Position numbers and translations under genes: made by a program. Shown here piece after piece: positions 26,258 through 36,900 of a stretch of 64,000 bases of DNA; positions within the stretch are counted from its first letter, which is position 1; each line of letters opens with the position of its first letter. Below the pieces are notes generated by a model, which ran no database searches, was not told the origin of the DNA, and saw only the letters and a list, made by a program, of their open reading frames with translations. The DNA comes from an uncultured Candidatus Poseidoniales archaeon (GTDB lineage Archaea; Thermoplasmatota; Poseidoniia; Poseidoniales; Thalassarchaeaceae). The stretch spans positions 3,805 through 67,804 of the forward strand of contig CAZLVU010000002.1 of assembly GCA_964563355.1 (NCBI GenBank). The letters run 5' to 3'.

Positions 26258-27388
26258 TCAATCCGACGGATGGCAGACCACCACCAGCCTCGATAGGCTC
26301 CTGTGCACCCTGACAGGAGCAGCGTGCACGACGCTCCATCCGGTTTCGCCGATCAGCCCCCTAATCTCGTCCCAGTCTCTGCCGAGGACGATCTGGTTGC
26401 CCGAAATAGGGCCGGAGAGTGCTTCGGGGCTGGTTGGAAGCATGGTGCAGACGCTGCCGTCGGGACTCATGCGCAGAGCCGAAGAGAGGGCACCCAGGAG
26501 GATGCTAAGGCCGTCTCCCGAAGTCCACGCGTTCCTGCCATATGGGGGATCGAAAACGAACGAGGAGCCGGGCCTGTCACCCCACAGCTCGTGGATTTCT
26601 TCAGCTGAGCAGAGTTCCACGGAGTAGGCCCCCTCGCCATTCGCATGTTGCAGGTTGGTCGTCGTTCCTTCCACCATCTCGGGGTCTAGGTCGCTGGCTA
26701 GGGCCTGCATTCCCAACAGAGACGCCTCTATCGCAATCCCTCCCGTTCCACAGAAGGGATCGACGATAGCAGTGGGAGTTCTGCTGGGCCTGTGCGCCAG
26801 TGAGACCATCAGACGAGCTAACCTGGGGTCCAGTGTGACCGGCTTGAAGAAAGGTCGTTCGGTAGGCGGCTTTCCCTTGTATGCACCCGTTGAAGTCTCG
26901 TCCCTGAGCCCCCACACCACCAGAGAGGTAGACTGTGCATCGTCCCAATGGCTCGAAGCATCCTCAGGGCCCGCGATCAACACTACGACCTCGTTTTCAG
27001 GGCCATCCAAGTCGACTGTCCTAGTTTCACTAGTAATCAGAGCGCCTGCCTCTGACTCAATCTTCCTGCGCGAAAGTCCTTCCAGCGCGGTCCCCAGCCT
27101 GCGCACCCTGACCGAGAAGCTACCGGGGGGCACCCTGGACTCTGCCCATTCAGCCACGTGACCGGCGATTTCTCTCTCATCGAGGCCCTGTGGGTCCCAC
27201 AACCTAGCGGAGTCGCGTAGGCAGTCGTCGACCAAGGCCGCGCGTTTGATGCTCTGTAGGGACGATTCGTCCTGGGTGACGAAGGCGATGCGGGGGTGCA
27301 AGGTCTCTATTGGGCCCAATAGCGCCTTAATCTCGGCCCTGAACAGGGGAGGGTGCCAGCCGCTGCCAACAAGTGTCAAGCTCCGCAT
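26258..27388 (-). CDS. THUMP-domain tRNA (guanine-N2)-methyltransferase (Trm11/Trm-G10-like)
   Basis: The SAM motif is VDPFCGTGGIAIEASLLG. The catalytic motif is FVFDPPYGRNAW. The N-terminal roughly 170 aa are consistent with a THUMP-type domain. Confidence 0.75.
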   Translation of the reverse strand: MRSLTLVGSGWHPPLFRAEIKALLGPIETLHPRIAFVTQDESSLQSIKRAALVDDCLRDSARLWDPQGLDEREIAGHVAEWAESRVPPGSFSVRVRRLGTALEGLSRRKIESEAGALITSETRTVDLDGPENEVVVLIAGPEDASSHWDDAQSTSLVVWGLRDETSTGAYKGKPPTERPFFKPVTLDPRLARLMVSLAHRPSRTPTAIVDPFCGTGGIAIEASLLGMQALASDLDPEMVEGTTTNLQHANGEGAYSVELCSAEEIHELWGDRPGSSFVFDPPYGRNAWTSGDGLSILLGALSSALRMSPDGSVCTMLPTSPEALSGPISGNQIVLGRDWDEIRGLIGETGWSVVHAAPVRVHRSLSRLVVVCHPSD

Positions 27389-27470
27389 CGCACACCCTCA
27401 TCCACTCGGTGCCGGGCTTCAACCCTAAATGCCTCGACGTGCAGCGTGGGTCGCAGCGGCGAGGCGGTGG

Positions 27471-28481
27471 ATGATGGGGTGCAACTTACGTGACCTGGTT
27501 TCACCAGAGCCCATCGAGCTGGGTGACCTTTCTGGCCATAGGGTGGCCATTGACGTATTCCTGAATGCCTACCAGTTCATCACCTCAATGACCGGGGATG
27601 ACGGCAAGCCACTCTCCTACCAAGGCAGACCTGTTGCCCATCTCATGGGCTTCCTAGACCGGGCCACCGTGATGATTTCCGAGGGGATCGACCCGGTCTT
27701 CGTGTTCGACGGGAGGCCGCACGAACTCAAGAGGGAGACGCTGGATGGCAGGAAGGAGAGGAAGCTGGAAGCGGTTAGCCGTTGGGAGGCGGCTGTGGGG
27801 GCGGGTGACATGCCAGCAGCCAAGAAGCTCGGCCCACAGACAGCCGAATACACCCCTCAGATGGTCAAAGAGACCCAGGAGCTGTTCGACATGATGGGAG
27901 TGGTTTGGCTGGAGGCCCCGATGGAGGCAGAGGGCTCAGCGGCCGTGAGGTGCTCCAGGGGCGAGGTTGCGGCAGTTGCCAGTCAGGACTGGGACACCCT
28001 GCTTTACGGTGCTCCTGTGATGGTCAGGAACCTGACCAGCCATGGCACGAGGAAGTTCGGCAGGGTACTGCACGCTGAGCGAATCGTGCTCTCTGACATG
28101 CTGAAGTCTCATGGAATTACGCGAGAGCAACTGGTCGACCTGGGGATCATGATCGGCACGGACTTCCATCCGGGAATCAAAGGAATTGGGCCGAAGACCG
28201 GTCTCAAGCTGATTCACAAGCACGGCACTATGGAGGCTGTCGCCGAGGCACGGGGTTTTGAGGTCCCGGGGAACCTCGAGGAAATACGGGGTCTTTTCAT
28301 GGAACACCCGACTGGCTCCTCGCCAATCCCAGAGGCCTCAAAGGCGATTGAGGAGGATCTGCGGAGCTTCCTGCAAGATGAGCGGGGCTTCTCCGACAAC
28401 AGGATTGACCGGGCCCTCGGCCGCCTGATGAAGGCCGGCAGGCTAAGGTCGGCTAACCAGCCGACGCTGTTCGACTTCTGA
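27471..28481 (+). CDS. fen: Flap endonuclease 1 (FEN-1)
   Basis: Matching segments are MGCNLRDLV..., VAIDVFLNAYQF, VFVFDGRPHELK, EAPMEAEGSAA..ASQDWDTLLYGAP and the H3TH segment GTDFHPGIKGIGPKTGLKLI. The C-terminus has a PIP-box-like QPTLFDF. The track ORF starts at 27429. I prefer the MMG/MG start at 27471/27474. Confidence 0.93.
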   Translation: MMGCNLRDLVSPEPIELGDLSGHRVAIDVFLNAYQFITSMTGDDGKPLSYQGRPVAHLMGFLDRATVMISEGIDPVFVFDGRPHELKRETLDGRKERKLEAVSRWEAAVGAGDMPAAKKLGPQTAEYTPQMVKETQELFDMMGVVWLEAPMEAEGSAAVRCSRGEVAAVASQDWDTLLYGAPVMVRNLTSHGTRKFGRVLHAERIVLSDMLKSHGITREQLVDLGIMIGTDFHPGIKGIGPKTGLKLIHKHGTMEAVAEARGFEVPGNLEEIRGLFMEHPTGSSPIPEASKAIEEDLRSFLQDERGFSDNRIDRALGRLMKAGRLRSANQPTLFDF

Positions 28482-28510
28482 TTGGGAGGGGGCTCTCGCC
28501 CCTTGCCCGC

Positions 28511-30238
28511 TCAGATCACGTCGAAGTCGTTCTCGTCCGTGTCGGGGATGCCGTCGCCGTCGTCGTCATCATCGGTGTAGTCGGGGATGCCGTCGTTGTC
28601 GTGGTCGAACTGGCCGGTGTAGTCCCAACCGTCGTTCTGCTCGAACCAGTCAGACAGGCCGTCGTTGTCGTCGTCCGTGTCGTAGCTATCGCTGAACCCG
28701 TCGTTGTCGTGGTCGTAACGGTATATCCCGTAGCTGCCATCGAGCTCGTCGACGTCAAGTATGTTGTCGTTGTCGTCGTCCGGGTCGCTCTGATCGTTGA
28801 TGCAGTCGTTGTCGTGATCCCTTGCAGCGTCGATGTCGATCAATCCGTCACCGTCGCTGTCGAGTAGGCGTTCCTCGTTGCCGTCCTCGTCGCAATCTAG
28901 GACATCCTCCCAGTTGTCAATGCCGTCGTTGTCGATGTCGAAGTCGACGTCGTCCCCGATGCCGTCATTGTCGTGGTCGTAGATGTCCGTGCTCGGGTTG
29001 CCGTCGTTGACTTCCTCTCGGTCGTCTATGCCGTCGCCGTCGTCGTCGTCGTCGTCGGCGTCGTTGATTCCATCGTTGTCGTGATCCTCTGGGAAGTCGT
29101 CCTGTGAGTCGGGGATGCCGTCGTTGTCGTCGTCCCAGTCCTGATCGTCGGGGATGCCGTCGCCGTCGTTGTCGTTGGCGCCGTTCTGGTCTTGGTTGTC
29201 CAGCTGCTGGCTCTGTTGCTGGTCGGACTGTGACCCTTGCTGGCCCTGGTCATCACCTTGGGTCTGACCCTGCTGCTGCTGGTTCTGACCGTTCTGGTTG
29301 TTGCCGTTCTCGTCACTGCTCTCCTGGTCGCCCTGCTGTCCGCTCTGCTCGCCGCCATTCTGCTGCTGGCCCTGTCCGTTGTCCTGCTGCTGGCTCTGCT
29401 GCCCGGACTCGTCGCCCTGGCCCTGCTGTCCGTCCTGGTCAGACTGAGATCCTTCGTCCTGGCCCTGGCCCTGCTGGCCCTGGCCCTGCTGGCCCTGGCC
29501 CTGCTGGCCCTGGCCCTGCTGGCCCTGTCCTTGTCCCTGGCCCTGTCCTTGTCCCTGGCCCTGTCCTTGTCCCTGGCCCTGTCCCTGGCCTTGTCCTTGT
29601 CCTTGGCCCTGTCCTTGTCCCTGGCCCTGTCCTTGTCCTTGGCCCTGTCCTTGTCCCTGGCCCTGTCCTTGTCCCTGGCCCTGGCCCTGGCCCTGGCCCT
29701 GTCCTTGTCCCTGGCCCTGGCCCTGTCCCTGTCCGTTCTCTCCTTCGCCGCCGCCTTCGGTTCCACCGTCACCGGCGCCTTCTCCATTGTCGTAGTCGGG
29801 GTCGTAGGCATCTGGGATGCCATCGCCGTCCGAGTCGGAGGCAGCTCCGTCATTGGGGTCGTTCGGATATGGGTCATTGGCGTCGGAGGTTCCGTCGCCA
29901 TCGGTATCTGCGGAGTTGGGGTTGGTCCCAGCCTCGTACTCCTCGGTGTTGGTTAGACCATCACCGTCGGGATCACCGCTCGCATCGCTGGCAGAGTTAG
30001 GGTTTAGTCCGTAGTTGACCTCCCATCCGTCTGGCATTCCGTCGTTGTCCGTATCGGGGTTGTTCATGTCCGTGCCAGCGTCCTGCTCCTCTGCATTGGT
30101 GAGACCATCGCCGTCCCAGTCGGCACCGCCATCGGACGGGTCGAGGGGGTCGGAGCCATCGGCACTAACGCCGGTTGATCCTGCCATGAGCACGAGGAGC
30201 ATGGCTATCAGCACACTCGCATTCTTTGTTGTCTGCAT
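28511..30238 (-). CDS. Secreted acidic protein with TSP3 calcium-binding repeats and a central G/Q-rich low-complexity region
   Basis: The signal peptide is MQTTKNASVLIAMLLVLMAGSTGVSADG. DxDxDGxxDxxD units occur at both ends. The central region is (GQ)n followed by Q/G/D/S/N-rich sequence. There is no C-terminal anchor. A GGAAGTGA Shine-Dalgarno-like motif lies 6 nt upstream of the ATG. Confidence 0.85.
   Translation of the reverse strand: MQTTKNASVLIAMLLVLMAGSTGVSADGSDPLDPSDGGADWDGDGLTNAEEQDAGTDMNNPDTDNDGMPDGWEVNYGLNPNSASDASGDPDGDGLTNTEEYEAGTNPNSADTDGDGTSDANDPYPNDPNDGAASDSDGDGIPDAYDPDYDNGEGAGDGGTEGGGEGENGQGQGQGQGQGQGQGQGQGQGQGQGQGQGQGQGQGQGQGQGQGQGQGQGQGQGQGQGQGQGQGQGQGQGQGQQGQGQQGQGQQGQGQQGQGQDEGSQSDQDGQQGQGDESGQQSQQQDNGQGQQQNGGEQSGQQGDQESSDENGNNQNGQNQQQQGQTQGDDQGQQGSQSDQQQSQQLDNQDQNGANDNDGDGIPDDQDWDDDNDGIPDSQDDFPEDHDNDGINDADDDDDDGDGIDDREEVNDGNPSTDIYDHDNDGIGDDVDFDIDNDGIDNWEDVLDCDEDGNEERLLDSDGDGLIDIDAARDHDNDCINDQSDPDDDNDNILDVDELDGSYGIYRYDHDNDGFSDSYDTDDDNDGLSDWFEQNDGWDYTGQFDHDNDGIPDYTDDDDDGDGIPDTDENDFDVI
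29455..29735 (-). repeat. In-frame microsatellite encoding (GQ)n
   Basis: Positions 29521-29733 have 6-nt periodicity (ggccct/gtccct/gtcctt), which corresponds to about 35 GQ dipeptides. Positions 29461-29520 have a 15-nt period (ggccctggccctgct) encoding QGQGQ units. Confidence 0.9.
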
Positions 30239-30267
30239 TTCTATTCACTTCCAAAATTAGTTATTGT

Positions 30268-30462
30268 TTAACCCGTGTTAGCCCAAATCAGTGCCCGGCT
30301 CGCGCTAATGTCCGCTTCGAGCACTCGATCCAGGGGGTTGGTACGAACGCTAGGAGCGAGGCTAAACAGTGTCTCTCCGACCGTCATAACGCTACACTGA
30401 GCGTCAGTCTTGCCGTTTTTGAACACACGCTTGCTTGACCTTGCTCCTCCTATCTCGTTCAT
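30268..30462 (-). CDS. Possible small protein (64 aa), unknown
   Basis: The ORF reads MNEIGGARSSKRVFKNGKTDAQCSVMTVGETLFSLAPSVRTNPLDRVLEADISASRALIWANTG. It is co-directional with its neighbours and lies 29 nt upstream of the TSP3 gene. Codon usage is plausible, but I recognise no motifs. Confidence 0.3.
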   Translation of the reverse strand: MNEIGGARSSKRVFKNGKTDAQCSVMTVGETLFSLAPSVRTNPLDRVLEADISASRALIWANTG

Positions 30463-30549
30463 CCAATCTCACGGGCTTTCTCAGGGGACCCTCTGTCCCC
30501 TCTGACTCCGGAGAGTAATATTCCGTATTTCAAGGGTTCCCGTGGTGGC

Positions 30550-30948
30550 TCATGGGTTCAGGCGAGATATCTCCGCCTTGAACTTCGCACTTCCGAAGAA
30601 ATACAGAACCGGAACCACCAGAGTGGCGATCAGCAGAAACGCCACGAAGATGTTTGACCAGAGCTCGATTCCTCTGCCGAGAGAGATGTAGAGTAGCCAG
30701 CCGACTAGGACCGCTGCCCAAGGGAGGTGCCTCCTGGTGTAAAGTGCGAATCGCGCGTTCATCAGCTCGTCCGAGTATAATTGGGGGACCTCTTCCGGTT
30801 TGACGAATCCGTGTTCTACGCCGCAGCGGGCACAGACGAGATATCGGGGTCCGTTGCCGCGGATGAACTGGTCCCCGGGATAGTTCTGTTTGCACATCCT
30901 GCATGCTGGCATGTTTCCCGAACAGACCACCTGCGGCCGCTCCTTCAA
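30550..30948 (-). CDS. Zinc-ribbon membrane protein (hypothetical)
   Basis: The 132-aa ORF has Cys pairs CRMC...CARCG near the N-terminus. Two hydrophobic helices follow (LPWAAVLVGWLLYISLG and IFVAFLLIATLVVPVLYFF). It begins 34 nt after the giant gene's stop. Confidence 0.6.
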   Translation of the reverse strand: MKERPQVVCSGNMPACRMCKQNYPGDQFIRGNGPRYLVCARCGVEHGFVKPEEVPQLYSDELMNARFALYTRRHLPWAAVLVGWLLYISLGRGIELWSNIFVAFLLIATLVVPVLYFFGSAKFKAEISRLNP

Positions 30949-30982
30949 GGCTGCGGTCCGGGAGGGTGCCTGCTGTGTGCGG

Positions 30983-33900
30983 CTAGCTGTCGTCCTCTAG
31001 TGCCTCGTCGATGAACGAGGCGTCGATATCCTCGTCCTTGTTGCTGGAGCCTAGCTCGTCTGCCATCTCGTTCAGGTCATCCAGCTCTACCTCTTGGGGT
31101 TCGGTCTCGGTGAGGTCCCCCAGAGACACCTCGGGTGCGCTCTGAGGCTGTAGGTCCTCTTGCCCCTGTGAGAATGATGTTGTGGGGGGGCCATCCAACG
31201 TTTCTGGGTCCGCTGGCTCTTGGCTCACTCCAGAAGCCGAGGCGATTTCCTCGTCCTCTGATATCCCAGTGGCCTCCCGAGCGAGCTCCTCCTCCATCTC
31301 AACCTCTCGAGTCCCCATCTCCCATGGCTCAGGCGCAGTCCTGTCGCGGGGCTTGATGATTAGAACCGCTCCCATCAGGATCATCAGGGCCGAGACCAGA
31401 GCGATCAGCATGTTCAGGTCCCCCCCAACGAGCTGGTCGTACCAAGACGCGCCGGAAGATCCCTTCCCAGGGGATCCGTCTTCGAGAGAGAACTCCGTAA
31501 GAGGCCTAACCTGGGCAGGGTTGACGGAAAGCCTAGTCACGTCTCCGTCAGAGGCCACGACGACGACCCAGTACGGGTTCGACGAGCTTATCGGGGTCGG
31601 CCCCAGAGAGTCGAAGGTAGCATTCGTTGTAGTAACTCCCGATGCAACCAACATGGCATCCCTGACGTCGGTGAACTCGGTGTTGCTTGCGAACACAGAG
31701 TAGGAGGAAACCTGGGGGTCTTCCAGAGCGTCCCACATAATCTGAACGTGGGATCCTGAGGGGTCCCAGTAGGCTATAACATCGGAGACCTCGGGCAGGT
31801 GCAGGCCCGGATCCTGTCCATCTTCGTCAACAGTGCTAATCATGGAAGTCGACAAGTCATCGAGCCAGGCGTTTCCAGATGTATCCACCGAGACGATGGC
31901 GATCCACATCGGGATGTCGGCTACGATCGCCTCGCCTCCCGAGACAGTCTCAAGCAAGACCGGGGTCTGTGTGCTTCTATCCAGCACCAATGCAGGCTCC
32001 AAATCCCTAGCGTTATCGAAGGGGGAGCCTTGAACGGCGTAAATCCAGTACTCACCGATGTCGGGGGCTTTGCTGGGAGAGAACCCGACAAGCACCCCAT
32101 CTCCGGAATCAGGAGACCTGTCCTCCAGCGTGGGGGCCGGAATCCTGTCTGGTGGGAACAGGTCCCCGGTGTTGTCCAGGGGGGTGACAAGAACTATGTT
32201 GTCACCGAGACCCATGAGCTGCACGTTGCCCGTGATGTCATGTACTGTTACTGTAACGTATAGGGGGACCAGCGGAATGATCCCTGATGGAGCCAAACTG
32301 TCTGCCTCGTTTCCATAGAGGGCCTTTCCGACTGTGACTTCCAGGCGGGGGGAGTTGCCAATCTGCCTCTGATCGATGATGAGCAGATCGCAATTGCCCG
32401 ATTGCTCGCACGTGGAGGAAATTACAGAGAGGTCGTCTAGGGGGAAATCAGAAACCCAAACCGTATAGTGGCTGAAGTCGTCTGCAGTAGAGCGGTCCCA
32501 AATGACGTCGACAGCGGTGCCGTCGTCACTCGGGTGGTCCCAGGCTTGCAGGCCCGTAACGAGGTCTGGAGGGACCCACTGCAGTGAGTCGAGCTCCGAA
32601 TAAGGTGTGGTCTCTACCACGAGGACGTCGTCGACGTCCAGATTGCCCCAATCGTCAACCGCTACGACTCCCACCCAGTACACTATGCCATTCTCGAGCG
32701 AGGAGTTTCCGATTGAGTCGATGACGAGCTCGCCTGTCGTGCAGTCCGGAACGTATGCTGCGATGGGCCAGCCGTCCACAGTCGTCGGTGCAGTCCATCC
32801 GGATGCCGGGAGCACGTAGATGATGTGGTACGAACAGTCCTCCTCTTGATTGGGGTCCCATGTGACTTGGATCCTACCTCCCTCGTCATTGGGGGCGTCG
32901 CTGGCCACGGTGCCGGTGATCGGCGAGGGGGGGATTCCATCGTTCAGCCCTCCAGCGGCTACCACCGGTCCAACAACCGTGGCATTTGCAGGATTGGATT
33001 GCCCTGATTCGTCAACGCAGACCACTGCGAACCAATATGGGACATCGCCCTCAAGCTCAAGGACGGTTGTGTTGCCCGCGGCGAAGGCGAAGTCGAGTGG
33101 GTCCGATAGGGCGAGGGCATTGGAAATCTCCTGCTGAACTGCCCAGATTCTTGTCATGTATGGGTCGAGCTCCCTGCAAGCGGACCATTCCGCAGTCAGG
33201 GTGCCCGGGTCGCCTCCAGAAACGGGCTCAACAGTCAGCCACTCCGGGGGAGAAGGGACCTCGTCTGTCGGGGTTGCGTTGCCCTCCCATGTAATTGGTT
33301 CGCCTAGCGTGCCATCGCCGTACTCAATCGAGATGGCCGCCCTGTATTGACGGTCGTGTGACAGCTGGACCTCGCTTCCGTTGCTGTTTCCAGTGGAGAA
33401 CAGTGCAGTTGTCTGGGACCAGTAGGGGACCCTGAGATAGGAGGGCATGTACTCCAGGTCATCGATGGTCGGAGTCCACTCCGAGTCATTGGTCGAGTCC
33501 CAGAGATAGACTCTGTATGCTGTCCAAGCGGAGTCCTGAGCTGGGATCCACGAGGCTTGCAGAACGCCCCCTCCATCATTGGGCCTGTCAACGAGTTCTG
33601 TGATCATGGTTGGGGCCTCGAGCCTCTCCCAGTCGTAAGTCAGTCTGATCTTGATGCGACCGTCCGAGGGAGACTGCAGTTGCAGGTGCAAAATAGAGGA
33701 AGAGGATCCCGGTGGCGTGTTGAAGATTGCCGTCTGGAAGGAGTTCTCAATCATGGAGTCGAATGCAGCCAAGTCCCAATTACCGGAATAATTGAGCGAG
33801 GTTGATCTGGCCCAGACCCAAGCGCCTGCCTGCGGGGATGTGAAGGTCAGTACCCCGGGTTGAACGAGGAGGTCGGAGGAGTTCTCCTGGTTCGCGCTTA

Positions 33901-36900
33901 GGGGAATGAACACGGGGTTTTCTGGGGTTGCCAGAACTGTTGACATGCCTGGACTGGTTGTGTTAGTGATGTCTACCGATCTGTCTACGAAAATCGCAGT
34001 CAGTGGCTCGGCCCTCCTTTGGGACTCTCGCGGCATCTCGTTCAGGGTCTCCATCGGATGGAAAACATGAGGTCCGTCCTCCCCCAGTGCGATCAGGAGG
34101 CCCCCCTCCGCTTCCCCCGCTATTGCTCCGACCAGATCCCCGATTGCCACAACTCCATGATCGTCTCCCGTCTTGACGATGCTGACCTGGTTGGCGGAAA
34201 TCGCCGCGATGTGGGTGCCGTCAGAGGCGAGGTCGATTATGGGCCAAGCCTGAAGCTCGGTTGCCACTGGACCGGCCTCCATGGTCATGGTCATGCCGTT
34301 CCAGTGCACCAGGGGCTGAGCGGAGGTGGCTATGTGCACGCCCCAATCATCGGCGGCGATTGCTCTGACGTCGTTGCTGGGGAGCATGTCGATGTTGTAA
34401 GTCCCGTTCGCCTTGTCCGTAGCCAGGTCCCAAGCCGAGGCACCCGGCCTAGTGGAGCCCTGCCCGTTGTGAGAGATGAAGAGGGCGGCGTCGTGGTGTA
34501 GGGTAATCGAGGTCCCAGTGGCAGTGTCGTTTACTTGTGTCGTTGCAGCTTCCGCGAATACTATGCCGGCTACGGCGTCACCGATGAGGCCGTCGATTCT
34601 CCCAATCGAGCCAACCAGACTCAAGTTGCTGTCGAGTACGTTGATCCCGTTTGGCCCCCCGGTTAGAACGGTTCCATTGCCCAAAACGGGCGAGGGAGTG
34701 ATGAACAGGTGGTCGATTATCGGAGTGGGCAGGCCGTCTAAGGTTGTCAGGGGGTCGTCCCAGTCTGACTTTGTAGTGTTCCACATGCCTATGCCACCGT
34801 GGGTCGCTACCAGGATGTGGTCACCGTACTCGACGAAGTCGGTCACGGTGTTACTCGGTAGTCCTGCGATCAGGCTTCCATGACCCCATGTTCGGGTATC
34901 CGTGTTGAAGGTCTGGAACCCCGCCGAGCTACCATATATCCCCATCAGGCCGACGAAAGCCTGGTTCCCCTCGATTAGAAGGCCGTCCATCTGATTGTGA
35001 AGGGGTGTGGGGGTTGGTTGGAAGGTCCTCTGGGACAAGTCAACTGACCAGAGTCCCCCCCCAACGGTAGAAAGCCAGATCTCCCCCTCTAGCAAGGCGA
35101 TTTCGTTGATAGACTCGTAGATTGCATCGAATCCGTATTGCCAGTTCACTGAGCCGTTGTCGAGCAGTTCTCCCTGAAGGATAGTGGAGCCTAGATAGGA
35201 GTTCGCCGATGACCCAACGGCTACCCACACGTGAGTTCCGTTGGAGATCATCTCGCTTACGGTCCCAGATGGGAGGCCAACAAGTGCGTCGAATCCACCT
35301 TCGATCAGCCCGGTGCTATCCAGTCGATCTACCCGGTTGATTCCCGACGAGTCTCCGGAGCGGCCGATGGCATAGGCTCTGGAGGAGGTCTGGGACGGGG
35401 CCCGGACGATCGAGCAGGCATCCATTCCAGTGCTGATTACCTGGGCATTTGATGCAGAAGCACCTGATGTAATCACCCTGGTGACTCCGCCGCTGCCGTC
35501 ATAGTGGGCCACGAGAAGCAGATTGTCGTCGTGCAACATCCCTCCTGGGAAAACCCTGTCCCCTGAAACCCCTCTATCTACCGTTAGGGTGCCTAGGAAG
35601 TCGTTCGAATTGTAGCTGAATCGGTCTATCCCAACGTCCTCTGTGTCGAACCCTAGGTATAGGATGCCGTTAGCCTCGTCACAAGCCAGGGCCCTCACGT
35701 CATTGTCACTGAGGTAGGAGCTTGGTGTTCCGTCGTTGTTATCGGTGAGGGGGGAAATCCACTCTTCTGAAATGCCGTTACCATCAGTGTCAGAAAGATC
35801 GAATCTGGCTACGCCCCCGCCGTCTAGCCACCACTGCCACGCGTTGAATCCGAGGGCGACGTGAACGATGTCGTTACAGAGGACTATGTCAGCACCGTAT
35901 CCATCGGGAATCTCCGTTGTGTCTACTTCCCACGTAGTCCAGTTGCTGTTGTTGCCCGAGAGTCGCATCACCAGAGCGTCGTTTCGGTCTCCCGACGAAG
36001 CCCAGAGATCGTCGCCGACTACGGTCATTGAGTAGAAATCAAGCTCTGAATCAGCGGGCAGCCCGTCGTCGGGGAGCCAAGAAGGCAGCCAAGACTCGTT
36101 GTCGGGGTTCCACCTCAGGATTCCGTTCATGCTTGCGAAGAGATACTCTCCTTGATACTCGACCATCCCCCTAATCCTCCCATCGACATCGTTCCATTGG
36201 TCAAGCAGGGTCATGTTATTGGCCGAAAACCTCCTCAGGATTTTGTCACCGTAGGCAACCCAGAGTTCGCACGAGGAGTTCAGGGGGAAGCAATCGCCCA
36301 GGTATCGAGCGTTTACCCTACCGACATCCCCGATCGTCTCAAGGTTGTCCATCCAATCATTGGAAGTCGTGTTCCACCTCACAATGGTGCCCTCATCGCC
36401 GCCACCGCCCCATCCCGAGGATTCGCGGACGCCTATCCAAACCTCGCTGCCAATCTGGTTCATTCCGTGAATGACGCCTTCATAGCCTAGGCGTGCGCCG
36501 GCGTCGATTGTTTGCAAGCTGGAGTTGTTGGCCAGGTTGATCCTGTGAACCTCATCCCTGGAGTTCCAGGAGTTTCCTCTCTGGGGGGAGTAGTACATTA
36601 CGTTTCCAACGATCAGTATCTCCCCGGGGGCATACGTTGGCAAGGTGGGGCCGTTCTGGTTGGAACCGCGGCTCCATTCGATTAGTACGGACTCGTTGAC
36701 AACGTCAATGAGGGTCAACCCTGCATCTCCTCCAGCCCAAATCGTACCCTCATCGATGCCATGGATTAGAGTGGTAACATCGTCGTCACCAACAATCCCC
36801 TGTGTTCCGTCCCAAGCTGAAAGCCACTCGCGGGAAGTTAAGTTGTATCTTGCAACTCCAACGTTCTCGAATCCGAGGTAGATGATATCGTCAATCTTTA

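Noticed and set aside
28486-28506. An inverted repeat (GGGGC-TCTC-GCCCC) between the convergent fen and TSP3 genes, considered as a terminator
   Set aside because: The stem is short and has no flanking T-run on either strand. Archaeal termination signals are mainly oligo-T, so this is not reportable as a feature.
29455-29735. Considered whether the periodic DNA could be a CRISPR array
   Set aside because: The period is 6-15 nt with no spacers. The tract lies in-frame inside a protein-coding gene, and no cas genes are present in the window.
29026-30000. Alternative-frame ORFs (291 aa minus, 298 and 239 aa plus) across the GQ repeat
   Set aside because: They are repeat-generated open frames (RA/RD/KD or LA/LS runs). 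Only the 575-aa frame has a signal peptide, TSP3 repeats and a sensible start context.
30396-30470. A possible C/D-box sRNA on the minus strand (GGATGA ... CTGA about 55 nt apart)
   Set aside because: The C box deviates from RUGAUGA. There are no C'/D' boxes and no complementary terminal stem flanking the boxes.
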